NCBI GenBank assembly: GCA_964270895.1
Contig: OZ185438.1
DNA: 64,000 nt
From: Podarcis filfolensis
Lineage: Eukaryota
Reading direction: 5' to 3' (one strand)
Part shown: positions 50,709 through 62,958 of the stretch, piece after piece
Numbering within the stretch: the stretch's first letter is position 1
Layout of the letters: each line of letters opens with the position of its first letter
Notes under the pieces: generated by a model
The model's input: only the letters and a program-made list of their open reading frames with translations
Databases searched by the model: none
What the model was told of the DNA's origin: nothing
Position numbers and translations under genes: made by a program

Positions 50709-50961
50709 AAGAAGAAGAAGAAGAAGAGTTTGGATTTGATATCCCGCCTTTCACTCCCCTTCAGGAGTCTCAAAGCGGCTAACATTCTCCATTCCCTTCC
50801 TCCCCCACAACAAACACTCTGTGAGGTGAGTGGGGCTGAGAAACTTCAAAGAAGTGTGACTGGCCCAAGGTCACCCAGCAGCTGCATGTGGAGGAGCGGA
50901 GACTCGAACCCGGTTACCCAGATTACGAGACTACCGCTCTTAACCATTACACCACACTGGC
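50709..50961 (-). mobile_element. Young tRNA-derived lacertid SINE, copy 3
   Basis: Highly similar to 27192-27442; (GAA)n tail on the plus strand. Confidence 0.85.
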
Positions 50962-50983
50962 AGACTGGATTTTCTTAGTATTA

Positions 50984-51225
50984 CAGTGGTACCTCGGGTT
51001 AAGTACTTAATTCGTTCTGGAGGTTCGTTCTTAACCTGAAACTGTTCTTAACCTGAAGCACCACTTTAGCTAATGGGGCCTCCCGCTGCCGCCACGCCGC
51101 TGCTGCGTGATTTCTGTTCTCATCCTGAAGCAAAGTTCTTAACCTGAGGTAATATTTCTGGGTTAGCGGAGTCTGTAACCTGAAGCGTATGTAACCTGAA
51201 GCATATATAACCTGAGGTACCACTG
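50984..51225. mobile_element. Tc1/mariner-type MITE (CAGTGGTACCTC family), copy 3
   Basis: Perfect TIRs, TA TSD, 242 bp like copy 1. Confidence 0.9.
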
Positions 51226-52659
51226 TACTGCCTTTTCTCCCCCTTAAAATAACAACCATACACAATACAGTCTTGTAAAAAGGTAAAAAAACCAAAACTT
51301 TTACTCATTCAGAATACTTGATGAAGAGTAACAGATACAGCAGCTTTGTTCGGGCAGGCCAAAAATGGTAATTCAGTCACAAAGACATACTTAAGTCTAG
51401 CTTAAAAATGAATTCTGAGCTTGGAGCTCAGGCATCCAGATGTTCTTATGTCGCTGGCATGTTGTAGAAGAGGAGAAAGGGAGTGCACCCAGGCAGGAGG
51501 AGGATATATAGCTACACCCACTTTCTGTCAGGGCACAAGGGGAGTGTTTTCACAGACCTCTTTATCAAATTTACAGGAAGACTCTGTGAGCCTCCTTATG
51601 CACCTATCTGGCAAAACATGAATTGTTGGCTTGACTGCAATTTAAATATCCCACAATTTCAGGCTGCATGCCCCTTTAGCAGATGGGAAGCAAGCAGGAA
51701 CAGCTGTCCTTATGAAGCCTCTCCATAGCAGTCAACATTTGCTGTTCCTCATGTCCCCAACCAGTGCATCTAACATACTGGTTTGTGTTCTGAATTATTA
51801 GCCAGCACAATGCAACGTAAGTAATGACAAAAGCATCTTTCTGGATCAGCAGCTACGGATATTCAACCCAAGACAGACTTGCAGAATGCAGCATCCTAAA
51901 CTGTGGTCAGAGCCAATTCATAGCTATTTGTTTTCTCCTTGCTGACTCTCATCTCTTCTATCTCTACTGTTCAAGATAATCAAAACATGATGGCAATATG
52001 CTTCAGTTCCCCATGTAAACAACAGCTTAATTTGACATCAATAGTCTGTAGACCGTGGGAAATCTGCCTGGCTCTTTCTCTCTAATGCAGAAACAGGTGC
52101 TTTGGGGAACCACTTAGAGACATGTAGAATCTATGAGCTAGAGGAGAATGAGACTCTATGGTAGAGCTAGAGGAGAAAATGGCTTGCCATTTTCTCAGTG
52201 GCATGGCATCCAGTATTTTCTGCGAAGATGATCAATAAATTCTGGAATGAGAACAAGGATATGAATATGATACAAGGGGTAAGTTCATTGCAGCTGCATT
52301 GCAGGGAACATTGCTTTAGTTTTCTGGATTATAATGCTAGAACGTCTGTCCTGTCCTATTTGCCAATATTTCTTTCACACTGGTGTGAATGCAGCTTAGA
52401 GAGGCATGCTGGTATACCATCAAAGTCAAAACAAGACTCTACTGCTCAAAAGTGTGCACTGGCTGCCCATAGGCTACTGTCAAGGTTCAAGGTTATTATA
52501 TCAATTTACAAGGTCCATAACAGTTTGGGCACAGGATATTTCAAGGACTACCAAGTTCCTTTTATCCCTGCCCAGTTACTGAGGTCTTTGGGGAAGTCAC
52601 TGTGAGTGGTCTCCCGTGACTTGGATACATGGCTTGTGGCCACTATGAGACATGCATTT

Positions 52660-53151
52660 TGTCAGGAACGTGGCCCCCAGAGCACAGGATATGAATTAAA
52701 CTCAGGGATTGAACAAGGGACCAGCTCTGCAGATGGGTGCTGCCTGTCAGAATCAAGAGAGGACAGTTGGAGCACCCTTTTTGAGAGGACTCTATTAGCT
52801 CTCAAGGAGAGGAAGAATTGGAAGGCAGCCAAAGCGTTGCTAGGCAATCAGCAGATAAGCAGCGGTCTGAGTCTGGGTTGAGTGAGAGTGAGGAGGTCAG
52901 CCTCTCAGTCCCAAATCCAGGCATTTGGATAAAACCAAAAGGGAATGGAAGGGCAGGGCGGGGAAAGGCGGGAGTCTGGTGTCCTTCCTGTTGTGGGAGG
53001 AGCAAAACTTCAGACTGACCAACAAATGTAATTGCGAGCAGCCAAGATGCCGGGCTCTGGATGTGTCTTTTTATAAATAAACCTGCATAAAAACTGCCGG
53101 ACAGCCAATTACTTCTTATCAGAGCTTGCTTGTCTGCTAGAGATCATTACA
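52660..53151 (+). mobile_element. Solo LTR (492 bp)
   Basis: TG...CA ends, perfect 5-bp TSD CATTT (52655-52659, 53152-53156), AATAAA at 53076-53081. Confidence 0.8.
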
Positions 53152-54265
53152 CATTTAGTATTGTAGCTCCCATTCTATGGATCTCTTTTCCAGTTGAGGA
53201 CAGACAGACCCTCTCCCTGCTGAGCTTCTGGCACCTACTGAAGACTTCCCACCCCCCACCCCCAGCAAAATAAATTTTAATTCAAGTTTGATTTTATAAT
53301 TTTAACTATTTTTCTTTTTCCTGCGGCATCTTTGTATATGCTGTTGCGGTTATGAGGTATATGGATTGTTCAAATAAACAAAGAAGTAGCTTACTTGGAG
53401 ATACCTGTGGTCCAGCAAATTTGGACCTGCCTCAGCTACCTTCTCCATGGGATAAGAGCATAGGACCAGAATATAACAATGGATTGTCTAGTTTTGCCTT
53501 TACATGGGAATGCAACCTTGCTCCTTCTCATCATGTGTCCAAGGCATGCATGCAGCCAAGCAAAAGACAACATATCAGCCAGGTATTGCAGCCTCAATCA
53601 GGAATAACATGTGTGGCTGGTTGGTTTTATTTGGTTTCATGGGTCACATTGCATTAAGGGATTCTATTTGCTGAACTGATCCAACATAAATCAGAACAGA
53701 GAGAATCTTCCTGGAAGTCTACTTTCTTGATTGGGGAGCCAACCTGGAGTAATCTAACATTGTTTAATTCTCATGGAATTAGTCAATGATTAAAGAATAA
53801 CAAAAATAGCTGATTTTGGAAGATTCTCTTCCCGTCTTGTTTCTCAATAAATTGAGGCTTTCATGGCTGGTGCAAAGTTTTTTGTTTAAAGGAAAATGTG
53901 ACCCTTTCTGCAAGGACAATACGGATTTTGATTTAAGTGAAGAAGTGGTATTTGCCCTTTGCTCTGAAGTCTCATGCAACGGGCTGCAAACCACAGATTA
54001 TTCTGTTCACTTAGTGAACTTTGCTGTGTCCGAACTTAAACTACAAAGCCAAATAAAGTTATCCACGTTTAAGGCCCTATCCACGCTATACCTTTAAAGC
54101 ATCATGATACTACTTGAAACAGTCATGTTCCCCCTGGAATCCTGGGAACTGTAGTTTGTTAAGGGTACTGAGAGTTGTTAGAAAACCCATATTCCCCTCA
54201 GAGAGGTATAATTTCCAGAGTTCCCTGGAAAAAGGGCTGTATTGCTAAACCACTCTGAGAATCTG

Positions 54266-54430
54266 AGGGCCGTAACTCAGTGTTGACCACTGGCTTTTGA
54301 TGCAGAAGGCCCTAGATTCATTCCCCAGGATCTTCAGGTAGGCCTGGGAAAGACTCCTGCCCCAAAGCCCTGGAAAGCCAGTCGGTGTCTACAAGACCAC
54401 ACTTAGATCGTTCAATAGACTGACCCTCTG
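54266..54430 (+). mobile_element. Ancient tRNA-derived SINE remnant (similar heads near 12020-12110 minus and 17228-17290)
   Basis: GGGCCGTAACTCAGTG...TGCAGAAGGCCCTAGATTCATTCCCCAG is a degenerate tRNA head. Confidence 0.55.
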
Positions 54431-56337
54431 AGGCAGACTCCTATGCTGTTCCAGAGAATCTTCTGGCACCTTAAAAGACCGGCACGTCTATTATTATTGT
54501 ACAAGTTCCGGGGTCCTTTCCATTAGATGGGCAAAGTATTATTCTTAGTTGGTCAGTGCATGGGAGTGGGGAGAGGAATTCTGAAAGGTGGAGCTAAATG
54601 GGAACAGAACGCAGAAAGGCTCATTCACTGAAGCATCCAGAGATGCCAAATATGCAGAGTCACCTTTCAAAACGGCACAGAGTGACAGTGGTGTATCTCA
54701 ACACAGTGGAGGAGGAGGCAGAGTGGTTGATGAAGTGAAGGATTGTGGAGTGGCAATGAGGAACCAGTTGGGACTAGGCCCAGTGAGGCATATGGAGTGA
54801 TTCAATGAGGACAGCAATGTGACTATCTCATCAAGGTGCTAGGTTCTAACTCGCCCTGTGACCACATGGTAAAAGGCGAGCTATAAATTAAATAAAAGAA
54901 TAAAGAGATACCAGTGGGAGGGGAGGAAAAGTTCAAAGGAAGTGGATGAGGGTGTGTGGGAGAAAGAGTGAGTGAGTGAAAAAAGTAGAGGGGTTGAGGT
55001 GAATAGCTTTATCACTGGAAAAAAGGAGGAAATGGTTGCTTTGCACAAGTGTCTGTCTCCTTCCATGGCTCTAAGTAAAAATGCTGAATCCCAAAAGATC
55101 AAGCAAGATGGTGTGGCTCTGCCCCAGTAAGCAAGCAAAGCGGAACATTCTCCTCAGAGCCAATGATCTGGACACCTTATAATACTTGAATTCTTTACTT
55201 TGAATGCCTGAGGAAAAATTTGCGAGACAAAAAAGCTTGATGAATTGGGTCCAATTGCTTGCTCGAGCATCGGAGTGACTTCCCTGAAGGAGGAAGATCA
55301 AATTCAAATGAGCAAAGTAAATGTTTCTCAGACAGATTGGAAACTGATTCAAAGCATGTGGGGTGTCACACATTCCTGTACTGTTTGATTGTTCCTGCAA
55401 GGCTGATGCACTTTGCTGCACATCCACTGAGTGTTTATGGAACACTCGGTTTCTTTTGGAGCCAAAAATGTTTATAGGAATCAGACTCAAAGCAACTTCT
55501 TCCTACCACTGTAGATAATAAGTGAAAGGTTTGACAGAACAGCTTGGGGTCGAAAGCTTTCTTCCAAGACTTTTTCGTCCTCATTCCCATGTCCACGAGA
55601 TTCCAATCAGAAAAGAACCAAACCGCAACACAATGGAGCCATTAGCCAATGGTCTATCCCAGTTTCAGTGGCCATATGCAATGAATTCTGTCAAGTGTTC
55701 ATTCTTACTCTTGTGTCCCAATGAACCCTGCACAGTACTTGGAAACCCATGCACTGTTTTTCGTTCTAGCAATCTTCCCTTGCACAGCTGTAATGTAAGC
55801 TTTACCCTCCTTAAAAATAAAGATTTCCTCATCTGATAAAAACTGGTCTGCATTTAAAGCCAAGCCTACCCAGTTTGCACTTTCTGAAACAAAATGCAAA
55901 CCAGAGCACAGCTAGCCTTCAAAATCTGCACAATGTTCACACGAATGCATGTATCAGGGGAAAACGTGCATGGAAATGTAGATGTCAGTGAAAATACCAT
56001 GTGAAAATGCATTATATTTGGGGAAATTAATTGCAAAAATGTGTATGTTAATCAAAACTGCGTATAAAATGTATTTATTGGGAGAAATTCATACTAAAAG
56101 GCTGATGAATTTTCATGAGATTTATTTTTAAAAGCAATGTGTATGGAATGGAATTAAAAACTGAAAAAAATGAGAAGCTGACAGAACCAGAATTGACAGA
56201 TCCTTCTGTCCCTACACTGATGGTGTGAGATTCCACCTGTCCTCTTATGTCAGCATTTGCAGGGATTTGTTTTTCCTAGTTGCCTGAGAAGATTTTGTAG
56301 CAATGTCATCCAAAATGCTCTTTTGTGCCAAGCCACA

Positions 56338-56352
56338 AGGTCATCATGACCT
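56338..56352. promoter_or_regulatory. Perfect 15-bp estrogen response element AGGTCAtcaTGACCT
   Basis: Exact full consensus palindrome; function untested. Confidence 0.45.
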
Positions 56353-57700
56353 GTTCCACTTCTTCTGTTTCACTACAGGCCAAATTGGAACTCTGTCCCT
56401 ACCTAGAATGATGGAGATGTCATCAGTTTAATCAAAAAAAGAAGCTGGTTTAGCAAGGTAGTACCTATGAGGATTCATGTGCTTATCTCCTTGACCACTA
56501 AATGAGGCCATATGATTCCAACCTTGATATGACTCTATATTTAAATGCATTTGCATATTTCCAAAATCTCACTATTAGTGCCTTTTTTTCATATGCTGAA
56601 GGAAATGTGAGATAAATATGATTAAACAAAACAACATTTTTGGATGCAAGGGCTAACCATATCATTTTCATTGTCATTCCTTTTTATTGTAGCACAGCAA
56701 AACCACTAAAACCAGTTCCACCAAAGGAAACTCACCCACACCAATTAAAAATGACCCTCTGCTTGACTGATCAACTAAAGCTTTAGCCGATTAATCTACT
56801 GGTAAGCATTCCAGTCCCCTGAAGTAACTCCTATCAAGTTCAGCAGGACTTACTCTCAAACAAGTGTGAATAGGATCGTAGCCCTAGACCATTTAAGGCT
56901 GGCAACCCTGATGTAGAGGTGGATGTAAGTTCAATTCACAGTTATATCTCTACATATACTATTGTATATTCCGTTTAACCCAGATGTTTCATGCGTTGCT
57001 CAAATGTAGATAAAAATATCTTGACCTCCACATAGCACCCAGATGTCATGTCATCGTTGTCGTCACATGATATTATTTTTGGATTGCTGCAAAGCATCAG
57101 TGCCTAATTCTCCAACCCCCACAACCATTTCATTGCTTCATGCAAATTTTCACAAGTCATTCTTCAAGTCTCTCCCATCCTCCAGACCCTAAACTGTCAC
57201 ACCAAAGAAGGCTAGCAATTGGATAGAATCTCCCCAAAATAACTGCTAGTCTGCACTCACTCCACGAGCTACACATGCTACACATTACACAGACTGAAGT
57301 GTATGAGCAGAATGGGACTGTACTGTAATCACTACAAACCAAAGGTTGGAGGTGTCCTATTTTCAATGTGCTCCAATATAAAAGCATCCCTTCCATTTCT
57401 GTAGTAATCTAGAACATCGGGAAAAGAGATTTGGTGAAGGTTTCTCCCTGATTGCTTGTTTACTACATGCAGGGATTATTTTTTTAACAGGGGGCATTCA
57501 AACATTTGTGAAACCTCCCCACCTGAACTCTCAAGTAGTACTGCATGGTTGATGTCACTAGGGATGGAGGTATATTCAGTTTAGTTTGCATTTAAAACCA
57601 AAATTTTCAAATTTGAATTTTCCAAAACAGAATGAGAAATCAGGTCCTCCATCATGGAGGGCACGTGTTGCGGTGAGATCACCAGAAACTGCCTCTCTGT

Positions 57701-58454
57701 TGTGAGGCGGGACTGTTCGGGTGGCCACAACACCCCACTGGTTGCCCCACTGTTGCTGGGGTAGAAATTTGGCTAGTTGGGTTGGCTATTGGCTGCTGAG
57801 GGGCTATTTAAACTGCTGCACGTCGCTGGAGAGTTTCATTTTCTTGCGACGTGCAGCGGATCAGCCTCCCTCCTCTCCCTATATTTTAGGGTTGTTCTTT
57901 TGGCCTTGGTATGCCTGTCTGGGAGCTGTCTGTTTTGGAGTAGGGGCCTGGTAGGAATTTTGCCATTTGGCTGATTGGCTGGTGCCACTTGGTTTTCGCC
58001 TACCATGTATCAAATCGTCACAACTTTGTAAGGTTGGCAGTTAAGCATTTGGTTCAATGTTTTGCGGAGGGGACGTGGTTGTCTGTGCCTGCCCCTCCAT
58101 TGCTGCTGCTAGGGAATTCCATTAAAGGAATCCACGGGCTCGCCTTGCCTTTGTCCGAACCCTGTCAAGGGGCTAGGGCCACGTCAGACCCCCTGGGAGC
58201 ATCTGGGGTGAGCTGTGAGATTGAAGCCAGCTTCTCACTCCCCCAGGATGCTTTCCCTTACTGACATATGGTGGAGCCCAGTGTCAGTCCTGTTCCTGCC
58301 ACCATGCAGGTTCAGGTAGTCTGGAACCAATGCCTAAGCAACTACTCACATGTTGTAATCAATAAAGTTGTGGCCAAAATTAATGCCAAAAACCTTAAAC
58401 TAAATACTGTGTCTATTGTGTCTTTATTTGGGGGTGGTTTTGGGGGTCATCACA
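57701..58454 (+). mobile_element. Probable solo LTR (about 750 bp)
   Basis: TGTGA...TCACA ends, ATTGG at 57788-57792, TATTTAAA at 57805-57812, AATAAA at 58361-58366; TSD poorly preserved. Confidence 0.6.
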
Positions 58455-59735
58455 ACTGAAACCTAGCTATTCTTTGGAATCGTTGTGTTGCAGTTCTTCA
58501 ACCAACTAGTGTTTCCAAAAAATGCGTATACCACGTAAAAGTATGCATAAAAATGAATATATTATTGAAAAGAACACAGAAAGATTAAGACAAAAAAATG
58601 TTTATTAGGAGAAATCTGTACTAAATTGCTGCAGAATTTTCATGGGGATTTTTTTTTACAATAAAATTCTCAAATTGCTGCAGAAGTGCAGAGAACCAAA
58701 TTTAACAATAGGAAAACATGAACACTGACATTGATAGAGTCTTCCATTCCTAGCTATCACTTTCTGGGCAGTTTTGTGAATAGTTTCAAGCATCAAAAAC
58801 CACTTTCAAAAGTCCATTTCTTGAACTTTTATGGATGCATATTGGCTGGGTAAATAAAGACCAGTGGAATCCGTTTACCAGCCTAGGTTTTATGTGAAAA
58901 TCCATTGTCAGATGCTTACAATAATTAATTAATGAGCAATCAAAATTTCCTGTGTTATGTCATTTGCAAATGATGTGTGAATGCATGTGGTTTAATGGAG
59001 ATAGAGACAAACTCTTCTGTTCACCATTTTCCCTTTTTTAGAATTGCAGTAGATCTATAGCCAAATTTGGAATAAAGGCAGATTACAGAAATTGCCTGCA
59101 GCACTGCCTCCAGGGGAATAAAACTGTAAAAAAGCTACCATTTACAGCCCCAGTCTGAAAACCTCAGCTGCGTAATCAACAAGAGACCAGGATTAGTGAA
59201 AAATACAAGCTGCCTTCAAATGGAACTGTTTTGGAGAGCTTTCTGTTCACCACAATGTCATGCCTGTATTAAATTATAGTTTGTCTAAACAGAAAGAGTG
59301 GAATTGTTTGCTTTGTCTGCCTCTCAAGCCCCCTTGACCCATCTCTGAAGAATGATCAATAGAGCTGTGGATTTTCATGCTATCTTACATTATTGCATTT
59401 GGTGCTGGAAAAGATCTCAGGAGAGCCTTCAGAAACCAGCCTCTCCAATGAGAACGTGTGTTTTCATTTCTCACAAGGAATTGGATACCCACATGCTTCT
59501 GATGTTTACGGGTGATTAAATATTTCACGTTTATACATTGAAGACTCTTGGGGAAAACACATTGATGTTAATGGAACAAAGGCCTACTTACGGATCTCCC
59601 ACGCCAATGTCATTTCTTCATAGGAAGTTAAGAAGGGTCACCCAGACTGAGAACAGCCTCCACAAAACAATTTTGGAATGGCAGATATTCTAGCAAATCT
59701 TCAGCTGTGATGGAGTCTCTGCTGTTTGCAATCAA

Positions 59736-59998
59736 TTTATTGTTATTGTTATTTATTAAATTTTTATACTGCCCTTCACATGAAGATCCCAGGGCAGTTT
59801 ACAATATAATAACACAAAAATAAATATCACAATAAAAACAACAACACCTCCCTAGTTTAAAAGGCCATAGATTGTTTAATTCGAAAAGACCCTGGAGAAG
59901 AGGAATGTTTTGCCTGGCACTTAAAGATGTGTAACGATGGTGCCAGGCGAGCCTCCCTGGGGAGAGCATTCTACAAATGGGGAGTCACTGCAGAGAAG
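59736..59998 (-). mobile_element. L2 LINE 3' end (second L2 family)
   Basis: Reverse complement reads FSAVTPHL*NALPREARLAPSLHIFKCQAKT followed by an L2 3'UTR and (AAT)n tail. Confidence 0.75.
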
Positions 59999-60065
59999 CT
60001 CTACTGAATTGCACAGTGCAGTTGAAACGAAGGCAGAAAGGTATGCCTTCTTTGCTGCTGCACTG

Positions 60066-60510
60066 TGTGACGTTAACATATGAGAGTGCTGGAGGTGAAA
60101 TAGTTAAACAGGTTACCCAATCAGGACCGGGGGGGTTGGAGTCAGAGGGACTATAAAACCAGCTCTGGGAGGGGCAAAGGAAAGAGTTCGTTGGGAGTTG
60201 GGTGGTTGGTTGGAGTGGGAGTGAATTGGGATAGAGTTTGTGGGTAGGTTGAGTTAGTGTAGAGAAATAAGCTGAGTCAGGAATAGTTAGGCCTAGGAAG
60301 ACAAGTAAATATCTGAGAGGTGGTTTAGTGAGTGAGAGCAGGCAGCGGAAGTTATAGGTCTGGATAGGTACCCCATGATTGTAATTGACCGATGCCATTT
60401 ATGAAACCACACGCTTGTTAAACTGCAATAAATAAACAAAAGTTTATGTTCCAATTTAACCCTGACTGGACTCAGTATTGTACCAAGTAAGGCCTGGGTG
60501 GTGGCAGCGA
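60066..60510 (+). mobile_element. Truncated LTR-like element
   Basis: Starts TGTGAC, CCAAT near 60116, TATAAAA near 60152, AATAAA near 60427; right end and TSD not found. Confidence 0.55.
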
Positions 60511-62138
60511 GTTTTTCTCCACTTACATTTCAGCTGTCTCCTTGCTTGTTTCCTTGCCCTAAGTTCTGCAAAAATATATCCACACACACTCAGCTGGTAT
60601 AGCAACAGTTCTTAGGTTCCAATTCTATGGAGCTGAGGACAGCTCAGCCACATACAAAGTATGCAGAGACAGGGCTGAGCCCCACCCCCATTTTGAGGGG
60701 TCGGGCCCCACCAAGCCTCCCTACAGTGGCAGCAGGCCTCTCCGGGCGATGTGGCCTCCTCCGGCCATGCGTTACCTCCCTTGTGTGACATCACTTGCAT
60801 GCAACAATCCCCCTCAATGTCACGTGGAACTTGGTGTCTCTGCAACAGTCCTTTGCAACCCGCAATCTTCTGAAAGAGTTAAATTGGAATGGAGCAGTGG
60901 CTTCAAGACACTGTAAAATGGTTGTCTGAATTGGATTTGTATGCATTAAAAACAATTGGCAGCTTGTCAGAAATTTGCTATCCTTAAATCTCCAAAAACA
61001 CTTCATGGGAATTTGGTGGTCAGGAACGTTTGATTCATTATAAAGAGAGGAGAAAGAAGGACTTTGCGTAGATGGCCAACAAAATGTCAGAACACGTGAG
61101 CAAGAAAGCATTGCAGCACCACGCATTGTAATTCACCGAATATGTGAAAAAGTGACAGTTATAATGATAAACACTGTCATAAACATTGGCAGGGGATGAA
61201 TGCAGTCTCTCTGCAAGGATTTCAGCAGGCACGCAAACAGTTAGAATTTGCATTCTTCTTTGTCACATGTTACAGCTTGTAATCCTTTGCTCTGATCTAA
61301 GGTGCCATATGGCCTTAGAAACAACACACCAAACTGTTTTCTAGTGGACTGGGGCAGACATGAACACCAAACAACTTTAGAAAACCACTAAATATTTAGC
61401 CAGATGGTTGTCTACCATAATTATTATGTAAATGCCAGAGACAAGTGTTTATGCAGGGAAGGAACTGTCCCCAGAACTGTCAATGAATGGTTAACTTCAG
61501 CTTTCCCATACGTGTGCATTCAGTTATGCATATTTGTATGAAGAAACTACCATAATAATCAAGCCTTTCTTTTGCCTTGAAAATTTTTGCGAGAAAGGCA
61601 ATGTTTTTTGGGATCCTCTGGCATGTAATGTGCGGAGCGTCTGGCCAACTCTCTAGGCTACTTTCCTAGATCTCCAAAATAATTTTACCAGACACCCTTA
61701 AAGTAGAATCCCGAGTTTGCCAATTTCCATTTCATGTACCTTAGAAAACAAAATATTACAACTCAAGGGGCAGTGAAGGCTGAAAGTATAAGCCTGACAG
61801 CCTTGTCCAAACTTTGAATTCACATTGGTACAAATTAAACCATTTGCTCATGAACCACAACAACAAAGAGGCAAAAATGATTTGTGCTTAGATGTTGTTG
61901 GTTTCGAGAGAGAAAAGAATCCACTTGCTAAATCAAGTGACTGGAAAGAATCAAGGTGTGAGCTTTCCACGCTGGTTTCAGAGATATTGTGGACAATTGA
62001 TCACAAGAGCACATATAATGCCAAGCTCATTAGAGAGACATAGGGTCACTGATGGATCATACCAAAGGTCTATCTTGTTTTTCACAGTGGTCCAAGGAGA
62101 TGCCTTTGGAAGGCCCAGAAGCAGGGCATGGTCTATAG

Positions 62139-62386
62139 CAGGGGTCAGCAAACTTTTTCAGCAGGGGGCTGGTCCACTGTCCCTCAGACCTTGGGGGGGT
62201 GGACTATATTTTTTTGGGGGGAATGAACAAATTCCTATGCCCCACAAACAACCCAGAGATGCATTTTAAATAAAAGGACAAATTCTACTCATGTAAAAAC
62301 ATGTTGAATCCTGGACTGTCCACGGACCAGATTTAAAAGGCAATTGGGCTGGATCTGGCCCCCGGGCCTTAGTTTGCCTACCCATG
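62139..62386 (-). mobile_element. hAT MITE, same family as 44341-44583 in opposite orientation
   Basis: CAGGGGTCAGCAAACT / AGTTTGCCTACCCATG; 8-bp TSD GTCTATAG/GTCTATAC. Confidence 0.88.
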
Positions 62387-62500
62387 GTCTATACTCTATA
62401 GCCTTCTTCCACTGTTTCCCACCAGCAATTGGTATTCAGAAGTATACAACCTCTGAACTAGAAGATCATGCACACTAACAACAAAGTCAACTGTCTAAAT

Positions 62501-62958
62501 CATGGGTTGGAAAACTAAGGTCCGCGGGCTGGATCAGGCCCAACTGCCTTCTGGATCTGGCCTGCGGATGGTCCGGGAATCGCTGCGTGGATCGCCAAAT
62601 GCAGGTTCTTTCCCTCACACGGCGGCGCCTCCACCCTATCTCCCCCCTCCCTTCTCCTGGCTTCTCGCCGCCCTGCCTAGAGGAGGAAGGGAGCTGGGCT
62701 TTGTTGGTGCCAGCAGCAGCAGCAGCAGTGCTCGAGTGGCCGCCATTTTAAGCAGCCCCTCTCCAGAGCCCTTTCACACGCCGCTCACCATCCATCCGCC
62801 ACCTCCAGCCCCTGCCGCTCACAAGACGCAGGTAAGCAGCCACTGGGACTTGTGGTGTTCTTGCATCATCCCCCCCCCCAAAAAAATATAGTCTGGCTCC
62901 CAACAAGGTCTGAGGGACAGTGGACCAGCCCCCTGCTGAAAATGTTTGCTGACCCCTG
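62501..62958 (+). mobile_element. Longer hAT non-autonomous element of the same family, with GC-rich interior
   Basis: CATGGGTTGGAAAACT / TGTTTGCTGACCCCTG; 8-bp TSD GTCTAAAT/TCCTAAAT. Confidence 0.82.
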
